DNA of 33,333 nucleotides from an uncultured Candidatus Saccharibacteria bacterium (GTDB lineage Bacteria; Patescibacteriota; Minisyncoccia; Minisyncoccales; JAGGXC01): NCBI GenBank assembly GCA_964391535.1, contig CAYMMJ010000002.1, positions 1 to 33,333 of the forward strand, read 5' to 3'. Shown piece by piece: positions 26,300 to 33,333 of this stretch (position 1 is its first letter; each line of letters starts with the position of its first letter). The notes under the pieces were generated by a model. It saw only the letters and a program-made list of their open reading frames with translations, ran no database searches and was not told where the DNA came from. The position numbers and the translations under genes were made by a program.

Positions 26300-26349
26300 C
26301 ATCTTGCTTTTTTTGATTGTTGTTTGATAATAAAAGCAGGAGATTGAAA

Positions 26350-26583
26350 ATGAAAAAGTTGAAATATTTGAAGATAGGAGAAGAAGGAGAGAAAGCGGCT
26401 GTCGGAATAATGGTTAGAGAAATACCAGAGATATTGTTTATGTGCGAAGATGGAAAAAGTCACCAAGAAAGTTTCAAGATATTATCAGACATATTATCTG
26501 ATATTTTTTCTGAAACTGAACTGAAAAACCCAAAACCGGCGAAAGAATATACAGAGGAGGGTAGCTACCAAACGGTTCAGTGA
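26350..26583 (+). CDS. Small acidic hypothetical protein (77 aa), weakly HicB/UPF0150-like by eye
   Basis: AGGAG at 26338-26342 lies 7 nt before ATG 26350, which I prefer over the track start at 26317. The segment VREIPEILFMCEDGKSHQESFKILSDIL loosely resembles the HicB N-domain pattern (P.l.g....G.T.eEa). Confidence 0.5.
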   Translation: MKKLKYLKIGEEGEKAAVGIMVREIPEILFMCEDGKSHQESFKILSDILSDIFSETELKNPKPAKEYTEEGSYQTVQ

Positions 26584-26717
26584 GGAAAGCTCATTTAGGT
26601 GAACAAAAGTGGGCTTTATTCAAATCAGGAGACGAAATTTTGTTGGTGAAAAAACATCCCTCATCTGCGAATTACCTGATAGAGTGGATTAAGCAAATTA
26701 AATATTATCAGTTTTAA
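26580..26717 (+). CDS. Possible 45-aa ORF overlapping the previous stop (GTGA), weakly HicA-like; may be a remnant
   Basis: GTG at 26580 overlaps TGA at 26581-26583. Translation: VRKAHLGEQKWALFKSGDEILLVKKHPSSANYLIEWIKQIKYYQF. There is no SD at proper spacing, and the ORF is not in the track (below the size cutoff). Confidence 0.25.
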   Translation: MRKAHLGEQKWALFKSGDEILLVKKHPSSANYLIEWIKQIKYYQF

Positions 26718-26771
26718 TAATATATATCTGGGTTTTTCTCTTTATGCCCGTTTTTTTATTTTCTAAATGAC

Positions 26772-26799
26772 TTGTAAGTATAACGAAATAAAGTATAAT
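26772..26799 (+). promoter_or_regulatory. Promoter of the radical SAM/glycosyltransferase/kinase operon (TTGTAA - 16 nt - TATAAT)
   Basis: ttgtaa at 26772-26777 and tataat at 26794-26799, 62 nt upstream of the radical SAM ATG. Confidence 0.6.
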
Positions 26800-26860
26800 T
26801 TCATTAATGAAGCACAATGTGTTTCTAGATGTGCTTATAGTTATATTAATTGACTAAATA

Positions 26861-27979
26861 ATGATTTCTAGAATAGAAATAAAGATATTATTTGCATTAG
26901 CTTTTAGATATTTCAATTTATTATCATCCTATTATATTGACAAAATATTGCCTAAACCTTTTGAATTACATTTTGAAGCAACTTATAGATGTAATTGTAG
27001 GTGTGTTTTCTGTAAGAGATGGAAAGAAGGCCTAAAAGAAAATCTTAGAAAAAAAGAATTAAAATACAATGAAATAAAAGAATTAATAAATCAAGCTTAT
27101 GATATTGGTGTTAGAATTCTCTCTCTTTCTGGGGGAGAGCCATTAATGAAAGAAGGAATTCTTTCTCTTATGGAATACGCAAAAAATAAGGGTCTTATTA
27201 CTTCAGTGAATACAAATGGTACCCTTATTAACAAAGAGAATGTCTCTAAAATTATTGATTGTTTTGATATAATTATTGTTTCTATCGATAGTCTCAACGG
27301 AGATAAACAAGATGCTATAAGGGGATTTAAAGATTCATTCAAAAAAGCATTAAATTCAGTTTTTTTATTAAAAAAGAATTCAAAGAATAACTTTATAGGA
27401 GTCTCTACTGTTCTAAATGGAGAAAATATTAATGAAATTTTAGAAATCAATGCTTTTTTTATGAAAAAAGGGATTCCTACTTTTTTTCAACCAATTCATA
27501 ATAATCCGGCTAACTTATTTAATGTTTCTAAAAAAGAATATTTGGATTTTGGCCTTCGTTTAGAGGAAGAATATAAAAAAATCATTAAAAATTATATCTA
27601 TCCTAATAGATTAATAAAATATCTCTACAAAGATTATTATCGGAAAGGGCTAGATTTTATAATGAATCCGATGTCAACAATCAATCAATTTGTTTGCTTT
27701 GCAGGATTATACTCTCTTTTCGTTGATCCCTATGGAGATGTATTTCCTTGTGATATATGTAGGTGCTGGATGGGAAATATAAGAGAGAAAAGTTTAAGAG
27801 AGATTTTAATGAGTAGACGATCTCTCCATATAAAGAGGCAAATTAAGAACAGAAAATGTAATTGTTGGTTATTGTGTTCTGCGCCAGTATTCATAAACCT
27901 TTCTAAGGTATTGAACAAAAACAATTTAAGAAGTAATAAATTCGTTTGTCCTCATTCAAAATCGATGGAGAATCGATAG
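26861..27979 (+). CDS. Radical SAM enzyme with C-terminal SPASM-like auxiliary Fe-S domain
   Basis: 372 aa. CX3CX2C as CNCRCVFC (nt 26990-27013). SLSGGEPLM, NTNGTLI, VSIDS. The C-terminal CFAGLYSLFVDPYGDVFPCDICRCWMGNIREKSLREI...CNCWLLC carries 7 Cys (nt 27695-27877). Confidence 0.85.
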   Translation: MISRIEIKILFALAFRYFNLLSSYYIDKILPKPFELHFEATYRCNCRCVFCKRWKEGLKENLRKKELKYNEIKELINQAYDIGVRILSLSGGEPLMKEGILSLMEYAKNKGLITSVNTNGTLINKENVSKIIDCFDIIIVSIDSLNGDKQDAIRGFKDSFKKALNSVFLLKKNSKNNFIGVSTVLNGENINEILEINAFFMKKGIPTFFQPIHNNPANLFNVSKKEYLDFGLRLEEEYKKIIKNYIYPNRLIKYLYKDYYRKGLDFIMNPMSTINQFVCFAGLYSLFVDPYGDVFPCDICRCWMGNIREKSLREILMSRRSLHIKRQIKNRKCNCWLLCSAPVFINLSKVLNKNNLRSNKFVCPHSKSMENR

Positions 27980-27983
27980 GCTT

Positions 27984-28691
27984 ATGTCGCTTTCGATATC
28001 TATCATTATTCCTACATTGAATGAAGAAAAATATATTGGAGTTTGTCTTGAACATATTAAAACTCAAGAACAAAAACCTGAGGAGATTATTGTAGTTGAT
28101 GCATGTTCAAAAGATAAAACAATTAAGATTGCAAAACAGTATACTGACAGAATTATCAAGGTGGATAGACGGAATATAGCTTACTCTAGGAATATAGGGG
28201 CTTCCGTTTCTAAAAGTGATATCTTGATATTTATTGATGCAGATATCTTAATAAAGAATAATTTTATTAAGATTGTATCTAATTTATTTAAAAATGATGA
28301 TGATTTAGGGGCGATATCAGGAATATTTAAACCTGTAGAGAAAGAAAACAATTTTTTAAATAGATTGATTACAAATTACTTGATTAACACAACAGCAAAG
28401 TTATCTCTTTTGATCAAAAGGCCCCATATCACAGGGGGCGCTTTTGCTGTTAGAAAAGAACTCTTTTTAAAAATCTGTGGATTTAATGAAGAACTTCAAA
28501 CAGCAGAAGATACAGATATTTTTAGAAGATTATCAAAGATTTCAAAGGTGATAATAAGCAATGATTTGGTGATTAAAACCAGTATGCGAAGATTTAAGGG
28601 TCTTGATTGGATTTATGATTGGATTATCGGCTCTCTATATTATGAAATAACAGGTAAAAGTTTAGTTTCTAATTATAAAGTTAAGAGATAA
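27984..28691 (+). CDS. Family 2 (GT-A fold) glycosyltransferase
   Basis: 235 aa. SIIIPTLNEE, EIIVVDACSKDKT, RNIGA, DxD as FIDADIL, and a later AEDTDI motif. Confidence 0.85.
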   Translation: MSLSISIIIPTLNEEKYIGVCLEHIKTQEQKPEEIIVVDACSKDKTIKIAKQYTDRIIKVDRRNIAYSRNIGASVSKSDILIFIDADILIKNNFIKIVSNLFKNDDDLGAISGIFKPVEKENNFLNRLITNYLINTTAKLSLLIKRPHITGGAFAVRKELFLKICGFNEELQTAEDTDIFRRLSKISKVIISNDLVIKTSMRRFKGLDWIYDWIIGSLYYEITGKSLVSNYKVKR

Positions 28692-28697
28692 TCTCTT

Positions 28698-29828
28698 ATG
28701 AAGATTTTGATAACTATTTGGGGCCCCGAATACGGCTGTCTTTTTAGAGAAATTGAAATAGCTAGAGCACTTATTGAGCAGGGACATAAAGTACAATTTA
28801 TTATTAATAAAAATCATATTGAAATAATAAAGAATTACTTTGGAAAGAGGTCAATCCTTTATTATTTTGATTGGAAAATTGTTCAATATAAAGATAATAA
28901 TGATTTAGATTTTTTTAAAACTATCACTTTCTATATGAAGTTCTTATTCTTTAGAGGTGTGAGTGAATTTTCACAATTTAAGAGAGCTGTTCGAAAATTT
29001 AAACCTGATATTATTATTAATGATTTTATACCCCACATTGTAATATTTTCTAAAATTTTAAATTTGAAATGTATAGGTGTATTTAACTATGCGCTAATTA
29101 AACATAACTTAACCCCGACCCTAGTCGGGAAAATTACCCATAGCTTTACTCGTCACATTTTCAATTTATTATATCGGCTAAATAGCTTGAATATTATAGA
29201 AACTATTGGAGAGAAGATGAAAAATACAAAAAATATTATCTTTGTAAAGCCTATCGCCATTGATAAAAAAAGAGATAGAAAATTCCTGAAAGAGAAATTG
29301 GGTATTATTAAAAGTAATTGTTTGTTGGTCTTTTACAGTCTAGGTGGGGGGTTTTACCATTATAAAAACCTTTTACTAATGGATAAATTAATCGAAGGTA
29401 ATGAAGAAATAAGAATTTTTGTTCTCCCCAGAAATAAACAGGAGATTCTATTTTTTAAAAAAAATTTTAAAAATATATTATTTGTAAAAGATTTAGCTTT
29501 TGATCCTTCCGAGTATATATATCATGCTGATTTGATTATTACTAAATGTGGATTTAGGACCATTGTCGACGCTATTAAAAATAAGTGTTTAATTTTACCC
29601 ATTCATACTCCTAATCATCCTGAGATTTTCGAAACAGAGGTTTTATTGAAAAAACACAACCTAGTTTATGATACTATCTCTACTATGGATTATGAGATAA
29701 TAGAAAAAATAAAAAAAGTAGTTTCCTGTAAAACTACTTTATTATCTAATTATAATAAGATAGATTTTTGTGATTTAAAAATAGTATTGGATTTTATGAA
29801 TAAACTAGATAAAAAAGAAAGGAGATGA
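28698..29828 (+). CDS. GT-B fold glycosyltransferase (GT1/GT28, MGT/MurG-like)
   Basis: 376 aa. N-terminal MKILITIWGPEYGCLFREIEIARALIEQGHKVQFI. C-terminal donor-binding pattern ADLIITKCGFRTIVDAIKNKCLILPI...PEIFETEVL. Confidence 0.7.
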   Translation: MKILITIWGPEYGCLFREIEIARALIEQGHKVQFIINKNHIEIIKNYFGKRSILYYFDWKIVQYKDNNDLDFFKTITFYMKFLFFRGVSEFSQFKRAVRKFKPDIIINDFIPHIVIFSKILNLKCIGVFNYALIKHNLTPTLVGKITHSFTRHIFNLLYRLNSLNIIETIGEKMKNTKNIIFVKPIAIDKKRDRKFLKEKLGIIKSNCLLVFYSLGGGFYHYKNLLLMDKLIEGNEEIRIFVLPRNKQEILFFKKNFKNILFVKDLAFDPSEYIYHADLIITKCGFRTIVDAIKNKCLILPIHTPNHPEIFETEVLLKKHNLVYDTISTMDYEIIEKIKKVVSCKTTLLSNYNKIDFCDLKIVLDFMNKLDKKERR

Positions 29829-30682
29829 ATATTAAAAAATTATATTTTTTTTATTCATTGATAGCTTTTTTAATCTTCTTTCCGGTATTTGTATCTTTGT
29901 ACTTGATAGAATATATTTCATTATTAAAACTGACTAGAAAGGAGTATCTTATTAATTATCTCTCGACGTTAAAATGTATAAATAACTCCCTTATTTTTAA
30001 TAAAGAAGGTATTGATATGAAAAGAGTTAGGGGAGGATTTAATAATCACCTAGTTAAAATAAATATTAAGTCTCTAAATAAAACCTTTTTATTAAAAAAA
30101 TATACAAAATTTGGAAGTTTTTTTACTTGGTGGGGTAATTTATTTACTCCATATGGGAACTCTAGAAAGATTAGTGCTAGAGATAGAATAGTAAACGAAG
30201 TCTATTATTATAAGCTTTTGCAAGAAAAAGGTATCAATACACCCAGAATTATAGGATATGACAAGAGGAATAATATACTGATAACGGAATTTATCGAAGG
30301 GGAATTACTCGATAGAATAATAGAAAATAATAATTTGTTATACAGAACAGGAGAACTGATAGCTAAAATTCATTCTTTAGGTATCTATATAAATGACAAT
30401 ACACCCTTAAATTATATTTATAAAGATAACAATATCTACATTATTGATCCAGAAGGATTCTCTCAAAGAGGTAATAGGAAATGGGATTTGGCAATTTTTA
30501 TTTTTTGGATAGAGAACAGATATGATAATCCTGAAAGAAATATTAAAAAATTTATAAACGGATATAATAACAGTAATTATACCACAGAGATAGAAAAAGA
30601 AGATTTAGAGAGAATACTGAGTATGATTTCTTTGTATAAATTAATTTTTAAATTAGGATGCTATTTACGAAAGAAGATATGA
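29825..30682 (+). CDS. Membrane-anchored protein-kinase-fold protein (Bud32/RIO / Kdo-WaaP lipopolysaccharide-kinase-like)
   Basis: 285 aa. N-terminal TM helix (LYFFYSLIAFLIFFPVFVSLYLI). FLLKKY (Lys), RIVNEVYYYKLLQEKGINTPRIIGY, ILITEFIEGELL, IHSLGIYINDNTPLNYI (catalytic D...N) and IYIIDPEG (metal-binding D). The start overlaps the previous stop (ATGA). Confidence 0.65.
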   Translation: MNIKKLYFFYSLIAFLIFFPVFVSLYLIEYISLLKLTRKEYLINYLSTLKCINNSLIFNKEGIDMKRVRGGFNNHLVKINIKSLNKTFLLKKYTKFGSFFTWWGNLFTPYGNSRKISARDRIVNEVYYYKLLQEKGINTPRIIGYDKRNNILITEFIEGELLDRIIENNNLLYRTGELIAKIHSLGIYINDNTPLNYIYKDNNIYIIDPEGFSQRGNRKWDLAIFIFWIENRYDNPERNIKKFINGYNNSNYTTEIEKEDLERILSMISLYKLIFKLGCYLRKKI

Positions 30683-30777
30683 TTATCCATAAAAATGCAA
30701 TTAAATTGATACTCTTTGATATAGAAACAAGATAAGCTCTCCAAAAACTCCCTCTTTTCTTATATAATAGAAAGATA

Positions 30778-33333
30778 ATGAAACAAAAGCATATCTGGCA
30801 CAATCTTTCTTGTCAAGAAGTTGCTAAAATTTTGAAGGTCGATTTAAAGAAAGGACTAACTCAACAGGAAGTAGAAAACCGTAGGAAAAAATACGGGCTT
30901 AATTTAATTCCCGAGGAGAAACCTTTTTCTCGTTTAAAAACATTTCTGGACCAGTTCAAAAGCCCTTTAGTTTATATTTTGGTTTTTGCAGGAATTATTA
31001 CTCTTGCTTTGGGAAAATGGACCGACACAGTTGTAATTTTCCTTGCTGTATTTATTAATGCTCTTTTTGGTTTCTGGCAGGAAAGCAAAGTCTCAAAGGT
31101 TCTCAAAGAATTAAAAAAAGTGTTGAAAACAAAAGCCACGGTAATAAGGGAGGGACAGAAGAAAGAGATTTTTCAAGAAGAAATTGTTGTGGGAGATATT
31201 ATATTCCTGAAGGCTGGGGATAGAATTCCTGCTGATGCTAGGTTGATTTCTTTTGAGGATTTTTCGGTTTCCGAGGCGGTCTTGACAGGAGAATGGATGC
31301 CTTCTCGAAAAACTACTGACCCTTTACCAAAAGATACAGCCTTGGCTGATAGAGAGAATATGGTTTATATGGGTTCTTTAGTTGAGACAGGAGAAGCAAA
31401 GGCAGTTGTGGTGGCTGTAGGAATTTCCACTGAAGCAGGCAAGATAGCTTCTTTAATAAAAGAAACCAAAGAGGAAAAAACTCCTCTTCAAAAAAGATTA
31501 TCAAGATTTGCGAAAATAATAGGAGCGGTCATTGGTATAATTTGTATTTTTATTTTCTTTGGGGGTCTGGCAAGAAAAGGAGATCCATTAGAGATGTTTG
31601 AGTCTTCTGTTGCTATTGCTGTAGGAGGAATTCCCGAATCGCTTCCGATAGTAATGACCGTAGTTCTAACCATAGGAATGGAAAGGATTTTGCGCAAAAA
31701 AGGGCTGGTAAGAAAACTGTCATCAGTAGAAACTCTTGGCTCAACAGAAATTATTTGTTTTGATAAAACACGTACCTTAACTCAAGGGAAAATGGAATTA
31801 ACTGAAATCGTAGCTAAAGATGAGAAACTAGCCTTAAAAATCGCAGTTTTGTGCAACGAAGCCTTTATTGAAAATCCAGAAGATCAAATTGAGGAATGGA
31901 TAATCAGGGGTTCTTCTACAGACAAGGCTCTTTTGGAAGGGGCTTTCAAAAAAGGGTTTCTGAAACCAGAATTAGAAAAAGAATCAGTTCAGATATTGGA
32001 GGTACCCTTTAATTCCCTTGACAAATACCAGCTTTCTCTGAGAAAGGAAGGAAAGAACCTCTTTCTTTATGTGAATGGAGCTCCTGAGCGAATACTGGAA
32101 AAGTCAAAAAATAAAGACAAATGGGAGAAAGAATTATCAAACCTTACTGCGCAAGGGCTAAGGGTAGTTGGTGTGGGATATAAAAAACTTCCTCTTTCTT
32201 TGAAAGAAGAGTTTCAAAAATTTCCCACAAAAATAAAGGAGGAGGCGAGAGATTTTGAATTCGTCGGCCTTTTGGCTTTAGAGGATCCGTTAAGAGAAGA
32301 TGTTGTAGAGGCAATAAAAGTTTGTAGGAAAGCCGGAATGAGACCCATTCTTGTTACAGGAGACCATAAGTTAACTGCAAAATATGTGGCGCAGAAGATT
32401 GGACTTAGGGCAGAAAAAGCAAATATTATTGAAAGTAGAGAACTTGACAAGTTGTCAGAAGACGAATTTAGAGAAAAGATAGAAAAGATAGACATTTATG
32501 CAAGAGCAGAACCTCGTCATAAAATCAGAATTGTTGAGGCATGGCAGGAAAAAGGGAAAGTAGTGGCTATGACAGGGGACGGAGTAAACGACGCACCCGC
32601 TTTAAAAAAAGCAGATATTGGACTTGCGCTTGGTTCAGGAACAGAAGTAGCCAAAGAAAGCTCCGATTTAATTTTATTAAACGATAGTTTTAGTATCATT
32701 ATTAAAGCAATAGAAGAAGGAAGGGTAATCATTGATAATCTAAGAAAATCCATTTCCTATATTTTGGCTGATTCATTTACTTCAATTGTTTTGATTGGAA
32801 TTTCAAAAGTTGTTTTTGGATGGCCCCTGCCTATTTTGCCGGTTCAGATTTTATGGAACAATTTTGTTGAGGACACATTACCAGAGATTTCTTATGCGTT
32901 CGAACCGAAAGAAAAAGAAATAATGGAGAAAAAACCTACTGTTTTTGGAAAATCTCTTTTAACAAAGGAAATGAAGATTTTAATTTTTGGCACAGGATTA
33001 ATTGATGAATTTATTACTTTATTTCTTTTCTGGTATTTATGGGGGAGATTGGGATTGAGTTTAGATTATGTAAGAACAATGATTTTCGGAGCAATATGTA
33101 TGGACACGGCGTTTGTTGTTTTCTGTTATAAAAGTTTGAGAAAAAATCTCTGGAAGATAAATTTATTTTCCAACAAATGGCTCGTATTTTCTTCTTTAAT
33201 GGTATTTTTGACTTTCTCTTTAGCAATCTATTTTCCGCCCTTACAGCAGATTTTGCATACCGTTCCTTTAGGGATTGAAGGATGGCTCATAATTATAGGA
33301 GTAGGAGTGTTGAGCATGTTTTTGATTGAGATT
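30778..33333 (+). CDS. P-type cation-transporting ATPase (type II, Ca2+-ATPase-like), 3' end outside the window
   Basis: Not in the ORF track because it has no stop in the window. The frame is open from ATG 30778 for 852 codons to the window end, with an in-frame stop upstream at 30733. Motifs: LTGEW (for TGES), IPESLP, ICFDKTRTLT (for DKTGT), TGDHKLTA, MTGDGVNDAPALKKADIG, QILWNNFVED. Confidence 0.9.
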   Translation, partial: MKQKHIWHNLSCQEVAKILKVDLKKGLTQQEVENRRKKYGLNLIPEEKPFSRLKTFLDQFKSPLVYILVFAGIITLALGKWTDTVVIFLAVFINALFGFWQESKVSKVLKELKKVLKTKATVIREGQKKEIFQEEIVVGDIIFLKAGDRIPADARLISFEDFSVSEAVLTGEWMPSRKTTDPLPKDTALADRENMVYMGSLVETGEAKAVVVAVGISTEAGKIASLIKETKEEKTPLQKRLSRFAKIIGAVIGIICIFIFFGGLARKGDPLEMFESSVAIAVGGIPESLPIVMTVVLTIGMERILRKKGLVRKLSSVETLGSTEIICFDKTRTLTQGKMELTEIVAKDEKLALKIAVLCNEAFIENPEDQIEEWIIRGSSTDKALLEGAFKKGFLKPELEKESVQILEVPFNSLDKYQLSLRKEGKNLFLYVNGAPERILEKSKNKDKWEKELSNLTAQGLRVVGVGYKKLPLSLKEEFQKFPTKIKEEARDFEFVGLLALEDPLREDVVEAIKVCRKAGMRPILVTGDHKLTAKYVAQKIGLRAEKANIIESRELDKLSEDEFREKIEKIDIYARAEPRHKIRIVEAWQEKGKVVAMTGDGVNDAPALKKADIGLALGSGTEVAKESSDLILLNDSFSIIIKAIEEGRVIIDNLRKSISYILADSFTSIVLIGISKVVFGWPLPILPVQILWNNFVEDTLPEISYAFEPKEKEIMEKKPTVFGKSLLTKEMKILIFGTGLIDEFITLFLFWYLWGRLGLSLDYVRTMIFGAICMDTAFVVFCYKSLRKNLWKINLFSNKWLVFSSLMVFLTFSLAIYFPPLQQILHTVPLGIEGWLIIIGVGVLSMFLIEI

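Noticed and set aside
26317-26349. The upstream ATG (26317) given by the ORF track for the 88-aa version of the small ORF.
   Set aside because: ATG 26350 has a well-spaced AGGAG (26338-26342). The 26317 start lies in the T-rich tail just after the tRNA and has no SD.
26101-26466. A 121-aa minus-strand ORF spanning the murF-like 3' end, the tRNA and the small ORF.
   Set aside because: It runs antisense straight through a well-folded tRNA-Glu and two + strand features. It is almost certainly spurious.
26350-26583. The 77-aa ORF as a precursor peptide (RiPP) for the downstream radical SAM/SPASM enzyme.
   Set aside because: It has only one Cys and no repeated core-like motif. It is separated from the enzyme by another ORF, a probable transcript end and a separate promoter. 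It is not excluded, but the sequence does not support it.
26280-30777. A direct repeat of the tRNA-Glu 3' end (att site), or an integrase, that would prove a classical integrated island.
   Set aside because: Reading by eye, I could not find a copy of gggttcgaatcccgtcgaggcc, or a substantial part of it, near 30683-30777. No recombinase gene is present. The island interpretation therefore rests only on composition and context.
2435-33226. All minus-strand ORFs in the track (60-121 aa), e.g. 16265-16585, 21276-21596, 22385-22741, 27097-27450, 32214-32753.
   Set aside because: Each lies entirely inside, or antisense to, a well-supported + strand gene or the tRNA. They have low-complexity, Phe/Leu/Ile/Ser-rich translations typical of shadow frames in AT-rich DNA, and none has a recognisable motif or SD.
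1-33333. CRISPR arrays, long tandem repeats, rRNA genes, transposases and IS ends.
   Set aside because: None was detected on reading both strands. Intergenic regions are short (the longest is about 400 nt) and are accounted for by promoters, terminators, the small ORFs and the single tRNA.

Overview
This is an AT-rich, gene-dense 33.3-kb window. Every credible gene (30 CDS calls and 1 tRNA) lies on the + strand, and all minus-strand ORFs in the track look like shadow ORFs. Most of the content is housekeeping from a small-genome bacterium. The overall style (intein-bearing gyrB, membrane-anchored Clp-type ATPase, fragmented operons) is reminiscent of Candidate Phyla Radiation/Patescibacteria, but that is inference only. 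In order, the window holds: a fused L,D-transpeptidase/DD-carboxypeptidase; a FIST protein; a small promoter-to-terminator ORF; pheS-pheT; gyrB interrupted by a 527-aa LAGLIDADG intein; a capA-like gene; secE-nusG-rplK; a dTMP-synthesis block (dcd, double-length thyX-like, glyA, folD, second Dcd/Dut paralog); a small membrane protein coupled to a membrane-anchored ClpB/C-like AAA+ protein; a hypothetical anchored protein; and a truncated dcw cluster (mraZ-rsmH-ftsL-ftsI-murF-like) ending at tRNA-Glu(CUC). The most unusual part lies directly after the tRNA. It consists of two small overlapping ORFs and a visibly more AT-rich four-gene operon (radical SAM/SPASM enzyme, GT2, GT-B glycosyltransferase, membrane-anchored Bud32/Kdo-type kinase) with its own near-consensus promoter. 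I do not recognise that combination as a characterised system. A P-type ATPase with a non-canonical DKTRT phosphorylation motif follows and runs off the window. I saw no rRNA, CRISPR array, transposase or integrase.
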